From Lachnospiraceae bacterium (GTDB lineage Bacteria; Bacillota; Clostridia; Lachnospirales; Lachnospiraceae), in contig JAFZDQ010000060.1 of assembly GCA_017561085.1 (NCBI GenBank), positions 17,691-81,690 on the forward strand: a stretch of DNA of 64,000 nt. Reading direction: 5' to 3'. Position 1 is the first letter of the stretch. The number at the start of each line of letters is the position of its first letter. Below the pieces are notes generated by a model. That model was not told where the DNA came from, searched no databases, and was given only the letters and a program-made list of their open reading frames with translations. This document shows positions 58,554-64,000 of the stretch, piece by piece. Both the position numbers and the translations under genes were made by a program.

Positions 58554-59420
58554 ATGCCTTATAGAGAAGCTGTTGAACAACGTTATAATGAAGTGTTTGA
58601 AAACGAGTATGCAATTTTATTGAATGGAAGAACTTCAAATAGCGCGATGGAAAGTGCTGAAAGAGGTGCTCAACATAGTGCAATGTTAATCACGTTTACA
58701 GAGATGTATGAACTGTATCGCGAAAATGTGAATGCTACAAAAATATGGAATGCCATATATTCATCACACTTGAAGAGAAAAACAGGCGACTTTTCGGCGG
58801 ATAACCTTAATGAAGAAATTATTGAGAAGGTTTTGTCAGGTGCACAAAGTTGGAAGAAATGTAGCGGACATGTATTTGAACATTACATTGTCGAACAGAC
58901 AAGGGAACGTTTAGCACAATATAATATACGATTTGTTCTCCAAAAAGAATTAACAACAATGCTTCAAAATAATCAGATCGCTAATGAAGATGATGATAAT
59001 ATTCGGCAGATGGCAGCAAGCGATGATTTTGATATTTATGCTATTGTGAATGTTAATGGTAGTAATTTGGTTTTTGGATGTGTTCAGGCAAAAACGAGTA
59101 TTCGGGATAGGGTTGGAAGAGATAGAGATTTTTCTATCCCGGCTATGGAAAGACATTTTTGGTCTGTTGCAGTTGTACTAGATGGAACATATTTAGCAAT
59201 GCCTAAATTTAATAAAATGGTAAATGGTGGTGGAGAAACTCAGTATATGGAGAATGGATGGCATGGAATGTATTCAATGTCAAATATTGATACTTCCGAT
59301 AGAATATATAAGGATGAGGATCTTGAATTGCTTATTGAACATGCAAGTACGGCATCGCATAAATTTACATCTGCACGACAAAGATTTGATCGGTATTGGC
59401 GTGCAGTACAAAATGATTAA
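58554..59420 (+). CDS. Type II restriction endonuclease, CCGG family (BsaWI/Ecl18kI-like)
   Basis: QSWKKCSGHVFE, DFDIY, QAKTSIRDR (K-x3-R-D/E-R motif), VVLDG. Begins 2 bp after the MTase. Confidence 0.8.
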   Translation: MPYREAVEQRYNEVFENEYAILLNGRTSNSAMESAERGAQHSAMLITFTEMYELYRENVNATKIWNAIYSSHLKRKTGDFSADNLNEEIIEKVLSGAQSWKKCSGHVFEHYIVEQTRERLAQYNIRFVLQKELTTMLQNNQIANEDDDNIRQMAASDDFDIYAIVNVNGSNLVFGCVQAKTSIRDRVGRDRDFSIPAMERHFWSVAVVLDGTYLAMPKFNKMVNGGGETQYMENGWHGMYSMSNIDTSDRIYKDEDLELLIEHASTASHKFTSARQRFDRYWRAVQND

Positions 59421-59452
59421 TAAGGATAAAATTATACAGGAGGAATATTTTT

Positions 59453-60616
59453 ATGGATATTTGGTATGATATAGAGGACTATGAAAAAGAAGAGGATGAG
59501 ATTGAAATTAAAGAATATGATATAACGTCAACGCCTAATGATTACAATATTGCAACATTATTCAATTTAATTGATAACGGAATAATTAAGATGCCTCCCT
59601 TTCAGAGAAATTATGTATGGGATGTAAAAAGAGCATCTAAGCTAATAGAATCTATTATTTTAGGATTACCAATTCCACAGGTCTTTTTGTATGAAAGAGG
59701 AAAAAATAATTTTTATGTGATAGATGGTCAGCAAAGATTATTGACTATATATTTTTTTGTTAAACAAAGATTTCCCAATAAAGCAGGTCGAGATATTTTA
59801 AGAGATTATTTAACGGGAGAAGAAAAAATTAATGCAGATGTTTTAGCACAAGATAAATATTTTTCTAATTTTTCTCTTAAGTTAACGAGTCCAGTACCTA
59901 CAGAAACTAATAAGTTTAACAATTTAAAATATGAAACGTTGGGAGATTATAAACATATATTTGACTATCTCCGAACAATAAGAACTGTTGTAATAAAACA
60001 AAATGAACCGGATGATCAAGATTCATCAATGTATGAGATATTTAATAGATTAAATACCGGAGGACAAAATCTTACGCAACAGGAAATTCGCATGAGCTTA
60101 TTCTATTCAGATTTTTATGCAATGGTTTTAAAACTTAATAAAAATGAAAAGTGGAGACAAATATTAGGACAGGAAACTGCAGATGTACATTTTAAAGACT
60201 TGGAGATTATAGTAAGAAGTTTTGCCATGTTATTCTATCATGAAAAGTATCAGGCAACGATGAACAGATTCTTGAATAAATTTTCGAAGATGACAAACAG
60301 ATTTGAAAAAGAAGATGTAGATTATTTAGAACAAGTTTTCCTGAAATTTATTGAAAGTTGTTCAGATTTAAAAGAAAAGAGTTTTTGTTCTGCAAGTGGA
60401 AAATTTAGTATATCTTTTTTTGAATCTGTTTTTGTTGCAACATGTGAAAATTCTTTTAAGAGCAAGCTATTTGTAGAAGGTAAGATAACACAAGAAAGCC
60501 TTGAAGCATTAAAGTCAGATGTTGAATATATAAATGCATGTAAAGAAAGTATGAGTTCAAAAAAGAATGTAGAAACAAGAATGTCGAGAGCTAAAGAAAT
60601 TATTAAGTTACAGTAA
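59453..60616 (+). CDS. DUF262 (ParB/Srx-fold, GmrS-like) domain protein
   Basis: PPFQRNYVW, IESIILGLPIP, VIDGQQRLLTI, IFNRLNTGG motifs. Confidence 0.9.
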   Translation: MDIWYDIEDYEKEEDEIEIKEYDITSTPNDYNIATLFNLIDNGIIKMPPFQRNYVWDVKRASKLIESIILGLPIPQVFLYERGKNNFYVIDGQQRLLTIYFFVKQRFPNKAGRDILRDYLTGEEKINADVLAQDKYFSNFSLKLTSPVPTETNKFNNLKYETLGDYKHIFDYLRTIRTVVIKQNEPDDQDSSMYEIFNRLNTGGQNLTQQEIRMSLFYSDFYAMVLKLNKNEKWRQILGQETADVHFKDLEIIVRSFAMLFYHEKYQATMNRFLNKFSKMTNRFEKEDVDYLEQVFLKFIESCSDLKEKSFCSASGKFSISFFESVFVATCENSFKSKLFVEGKITQESLEALKSDVEYINACKESMSSKKNVETRMSRAKEIIKLQ

Positions 60617-60627
60617 GGAGAAAGTAA

Positions 60628-61143
60628 ATGTATACTCCTATAAATGGATTTGTAGAAGATTATCATGAGTTAAAGGGATATTTGCTTGAAAATGGGCAAA
60701 TATCTCTAGAGAATAATGTCGAGAATCATTTGAAAAAAGTAATGTTGCTTTCCTGTGCTAGCTATTATGAAACCCAAATACAAGAAATTATTAAAAATTT
60801 TGTTCAAAGAAATTCTTCAGATGATAAGGTTAGTAATTTTGTTCTGAAAAAAGCTATTTCGAGGCAGTATCATACATATTTTACATGGGATGGAAATAAT
60901 GTTAATAGTTTTTTGGGATTGTTTGGTGAAGAGTTTAAGAAAGAAGTTTCGATGACAATATCAAAAGATGAAGCATTAAAAGAACAAATGAGAGCATTTC
61001 TGCAGTTAGGAAATGAACGCAATAAAATGGTCCATGAGAATTTTTTAGTATATAATTTGGAGAAGACATTCGATGAAATAATACAACTTAATGAGAAAGC
61101 AGAGAAATTTGTGGTTTTCTTAAGGAAAGAGTTTGAGAAATGA
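60628..61143 (+). CDS. HEPN-domain protein (putative RNase)
   Basis: All-helical 171 aa, with LLSCASYYE and RNKMVH (R-x4-H). Confidence 0.8.
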   Translation: MYTPINGFVEDYHELKGYLLENGQISLENNVENHLKKVMLLSCASYYETQIQEIIKNFVQRNSSDDKVSNFVLKKAISRQYHTYFTWDGNNVNSFLGLFGEEFKKEVSMTISKDEALKEQMRAFLQLGNERNKMVHENFLVYNLEKTFDEIIQLNEKAEKFVVFLRKEFEK

Positions 61144-61173
61144 GGGTAAATTTATTTCTGAATATCATGATGA

Positions 61174-62733
61174 ATGTTGCAATTTAATGCGGAAAGCGAG
61201 ATGATTAAATTGGCAAATGTATTTGACCTTTCACAATTTGATGAATACAGAGAAGACAACAGAAGAGAAGTGAAAAAAGCAGATGGTGGTTTGCCTGTTT
61301 CTTTGTGGGACACCTATTCTTCTTTTGCAAACTGCTATGGTGGAGTTATCATTCTTGGTGTCAAAGAAAATAAAGATGGTAGTTGGAGAACTACCGGTCT
61401 CCAGAATGCATCCAAGCTTTGCAAGGAATTTTGGGATAATATGAATAATCCTAAGAAGGTAAATATTAATCTATTGTCAGAAGATGATGTGCAGACCTAT
61501 GAAGTAGGTGACAATAAGGATGTTATTATGGTTATTTATGTGCCTATGGCAAAGCGTGAGCAGAAGCCAGTGTACATCAATAATGATATTTTTAATGGCA
61601 CTTTTCGCCGTAATTATGAGGGTGATTATCATTGTACCAGATTACAGGTAAAGACCATGCTTCGTGACCAGACTGAGCGTACTATGGATATGGAAGTGCT
61701 TGATAAGGTTCCGATGGAAGATTTGAATTACGATACCATACATGGATACCGTAACAGTCACCGTTCTTTAAAAGAGGGACATCCTTTTGAGCGCCTGAAC
61801 GACCACGAGTATCTGAGAAGCATTGGTGCGGCGGCTATTTCTGATGAGGATGGAAAGTTGCATCCTACGGCAGCAGGTATGCTGATGTTTGGGGATGAGT
61901 ACAACATTGTGCGACACTTCCCTGAGTATTTCTTGGACTACAGAGAAGAGTTGGATCCTACCACTCGTTGGAGCGACCGTTTGCAATCAAGTTCCGGTGA
62001 ATGGTCCGGAAATGTGTGCGACTTCTATTTTAGAGTTTATAACAAAATTATCAAAGACATTAAGGTGCCGTTCAAAATGGTCGGTGGTGAACGTGTTGAT
62101 GATACTCCGGTACACAAGGCACTTCGTGAGGCTTTGGCAAATTGTTTGATTAATGCCGATTATCACGGATTGCGAGGTGTTGTTATCCGTAAAGAACCGG
62201 ACAAGCTGGTTTTAGCAAATCCCGGTTATGTCAGAACGGGTAAAAAGCAGATGCGTCTTGGTGGTGAATCCGATCCCCGAAACAAGGCTCTTATGAAAAT
62301 GTTTAATCTTATCAATATCGGTGAACGTGCCGGAAGTGGTGTTCCGAATATCTTTAATGTTTGGGCAGACGAAGGCTGGGAAGAACCGATGATAGAGGAG
62401 AGATTTGACCCGGATAGAACGGTACTGTCGCTTTCGTTTTTGAAAAAAGTGTCGGAAAAAAGTGGCGAAAAAAAAGTGGCGAAAAAAAGTGGCGAAAAAA
62501 AAGTGGCGAAAAAAAGTGGCGAAAAAAAAGTGACGAAAAAAACGCAAGAAAAGTACGATGCAATTTTGAATTCTATGCAGCCTGATATGTGGTATAAGGC
62601 TTCTGAATTTGAAACTGTTGCTGGTGTTAAAGAGTCAAGAATTAAAGTGTTGCTTAAGGATATGTTGGAGCAAGGCTTGATTGAAAGTACTGGTAGTACT
62701 AAGGGGAAGATGTATAAGAAAACTAACCTGTAA
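61174..62733 (+). CDS. Schlafen/AlbA_2 + GHKL-like (HATPase_c_4) + winged-HTH protein; start may be 61201
   Basis: EDNRREVK (E-x4-E-x-K), SSFANCYGGVIILGV, ALREALANCLINADY, RNKALMKMF..IGERAGSGVP, C-terminal wHTH. Confidence 0.85.
   Translation: MLQFNAESEMIKLANVFDLSQFDEYREDNRREVKKADGGLPVSLWDTYSSFANCYGGVIILGVKENKDGSWRTTGLQNASKLCKEFWDNMNNPKKVNINLLSEDDVQTYEVGDNKDVIMVIYVPMAKREQKPVYINNDIFNGTFRRNYEGDYHCTRLQVKTMLRDQTERTMDMEVLDKVPMEDLNYDTIHGYRNSHRSLKEGHPFERLNDHEYLRSIGAAAISDEDGKLHPTAAGMLMFGDEYNIVRHFPEYFLDYREELDPTTRWSDRLQSSSGEWSGNVCDFYFRVYNKIIKDIKVPFKMVGGERVDDTPVHKALREALANCLINADYHGLRGVVIRKEPDKLVLANPGYVRTGKKQMRLGGESDPRNKALMKMFNLINIGERAGSGVPNIFNVWADEGWEEPMIEERFDPDRTVLSLSFLKKVSEKSGEKKVAKKSGEKKVAKKSGEKKVTKKTQEKYDAILNSMQPDMWYKASEFETVAGVKESRIKVLLKDMLEQGLIESTGSTKGKMYKKTNL
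62443..62542 (+). repeat. In-frame tandem repeat GTGGCG(A7/A8), 27-bp period encoding KKSGEKKVA
   Basis: Five GTGGCG plus GTGACG and GTGTCGG. A8 and A7 tracts alternate across the GTGGCG/GTGACG run. Confidence 0.92.
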
Positions 62734-62751
62734 GTTGGAGATGAATGAAAA

Positions 62752-63606
62752 ATGGGAATTCTTAATGAGGAACAACGTAGAAAATATGTTGAATTGCTTA
62801 AGATAAATGATATTGATAAAATTAAACAGTTTTTAATGGATAACGTTGAAGAGGGGACATTGATATATAAGTATTGTCGTGGATTAGTAAGGGATTTTAA
62901 TACCCTAAAAGAGGAAAAAATCTTTTTGTCTAATGCATACAATTTCAATGACCCATTTGATTGCGCATACTTGGTTAACAAAAGGAGTAAAAGAGCGTAT
63001 TCAGAGGATGAAAGAGAGCTTGCGTTTCATGAATATCTGGAACAGGAAAAAGCAGATCAAGAATCAAAAAGAAGAACCAATGCAACATTTGTAGCTTGTT
63101 TTTCGGAACGGTGTGATTCTAGTGCTATGTGGGGGTATTATTCGGCAGATCATAAGGGGATGTGTATAGGATATGATTTGCGTGAATTAATTGATAAGTT
63201 TGGAATAATGCCTGTTATATATTCTGAGGATTTGCCTTTGCTTGAAGATGTTGAAGGGGAGCCCTTATATATATCGTTAGTTACAAAATCTGATGAGTGG
63301 AAACACGAAATGGAATGGAGAATTGTAAAATATGATAAAGGCAAAGAAGGTGCACCGGGAGTAAAAGTGGAAGAGATTTTACCTAAAGAAATTATTATAG
63401 GTAGCAAAGAAAAAGAGACATGTAAATTGAATGCAATTAGTAGAAAAAACAATGTAAAGTCTGACTTGTTATATTGTGACGTTGCACAATTGATTGACTG
63501 GGGGCGTCGAATAAAAAGTAGGAATAGAATCAGGATATATAGTTATGATTTGAGTCGTAGTAGTTATTCCATGATAAAAAAAGAATGGAAGGGTATCTAT
63601 ACATAA
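62752..63606 (+). CDS. DUF2971 domain protein
   Basis: IYKY, FNDPFDC, VACFSE...MWGYYSADHKGMCIGYD, KSDEWKHEMEWRI. Confidence 0.85.
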   Translation: MGILNEEQRRKYVELLKINDIDKIKQFLMDNVEEGTLIYKYCRGLVRDFNTLKEEKIFLSNAYNFNDPFDCAYLVNKRSKRAYSEDERELAFHEYLEQEKADQESKRRTNATFVACFSERCDSSAMWGYYSADHKGMCIGYDLRELIDKFGIMPVIYSEDLPLLEDVEGEPLYISLVTKSDEWKHEMEWRIVKYDKGKEGAPGVKVEEILPKEIIIGSKEKETCKLNAISRKNNVKSDLLYCDVAQLIDWGRRIKSRNRIRIYSYDLSRSSYSMIKKEWKGIYT

Positions 63607-63742
63607 AAGGTAAGTCATGAAGGAGTATGTTTTCTTTTTGTAAATTCAATCTTAGATTATGCTAAAATGGCATTGAAAGTACTGGTAGTACGGAGGGAAA
63701 GAAGAATAAGAAAATATAAAAATGAAGAAGGGTGCGAATATT

Positions 63743-64000
63743 ATGGTGAAAAGTTCAATATTGGATGAGCTGGTAAAAGCAAATAGAATGCCTGTATTAT
63801 TTGTTGGTTCGGGGATTTCTAAAAGGTATTTATTTGGTTATCCATCATGGGAAGAGTTGCTTGAGAAATCTTTTGAGAAATTCGAAACGGATCCGTTTCA
63901 GTATCAAAAGCATCTGGATGAGTGTAGACGTAAGAAGATGTCTGATTTTGACATGAATGTATACATGGGAACTTTAATTGAAGAGCAATTTAACGCTGCT
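63743..64000 (+). CDS. SIR2-like (NADase family) protein, N-terminal 86 codons, truncated by the window end
   Basis: MVKSSILDELVKANRMPVLFVGSGISKRYLFGYPSWEELL has the FVG(S/A)GxS and PxW motifs of SIR2 domains. Confidence 0.8.
   Translation, partial: MVKSSILDELVKANRMPVLFVGSGISKRYLFGYPSWEELLEKSFEKFETDPFQYQKHLDECRRKKMSDFDMNVYMGTLIEEQFNAA

Larger units (their letters stand above)
51270..64000. mobile_element. Integrative mobilizable element inserted after tuf; right end outside window
   Basis: Repressor/xis/tyrosine-integrase module, MobV relaxase and AT-rich defence cargo. No conjugation or phage structural genes in the window. Left boundary is approximate. Confidence 0.8.

Overview
A low-GC Gram-positive chromosome segment, Clostridia and most likely Lachnospiraceae, in four blocks. 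(1) 1-8.8 kb: late flagellar locus (two tandem flgK, flgL, fliW, csrA, flaG, fliD, fliS, flgN-like, a short flagellin) with sigma-28 promoters and CsrA-type hairpins. (2) 8.9-23 kb: putative flagellin-glycosylation island (four CgeB/DUF3880-type and two GT2-like glycosyltransferases, a 3-amino-3,6-dideoxyhexose pathway, glf, an HTH regulator), then a divergent FliD-like gene. (3) 23.3-51.2 kb: core rpmG-secE-nusG-rplKA, rplJL, rpoBC, rpsL-rpsG-fusA-tuf, interrupted by a CapA-family gene and a 3222-aa sortase-anchored protein with 26 tandem repeats. (4) 51.3-64 kb, running off the end: an integrative mobilizable element just after tuf (repressor, xis, tyrosine integrase, MobV relaxase). It carries a dense defence cargo: a PD-(D/E)xK-like nuclease, HTH + C5-MTase + CCGG-family REase, DUF262, HEPN, Schlafen-ATPase-wHTH, DUF2971 and SIR2. 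Most promising leads: a 50-nt structured motif with compensatory base changes present three times, each just after a terminator-like hairpin; a DUF262-HEPN pair embedded in the R-M operon (possible guard system); the closely packed seven-gene defence array; an unnamed helical domain recurring among the glycosyltransferases; and three short-repeat arrays in the mobile element. All family assignments come from motif recognition by eye. No database search was run.
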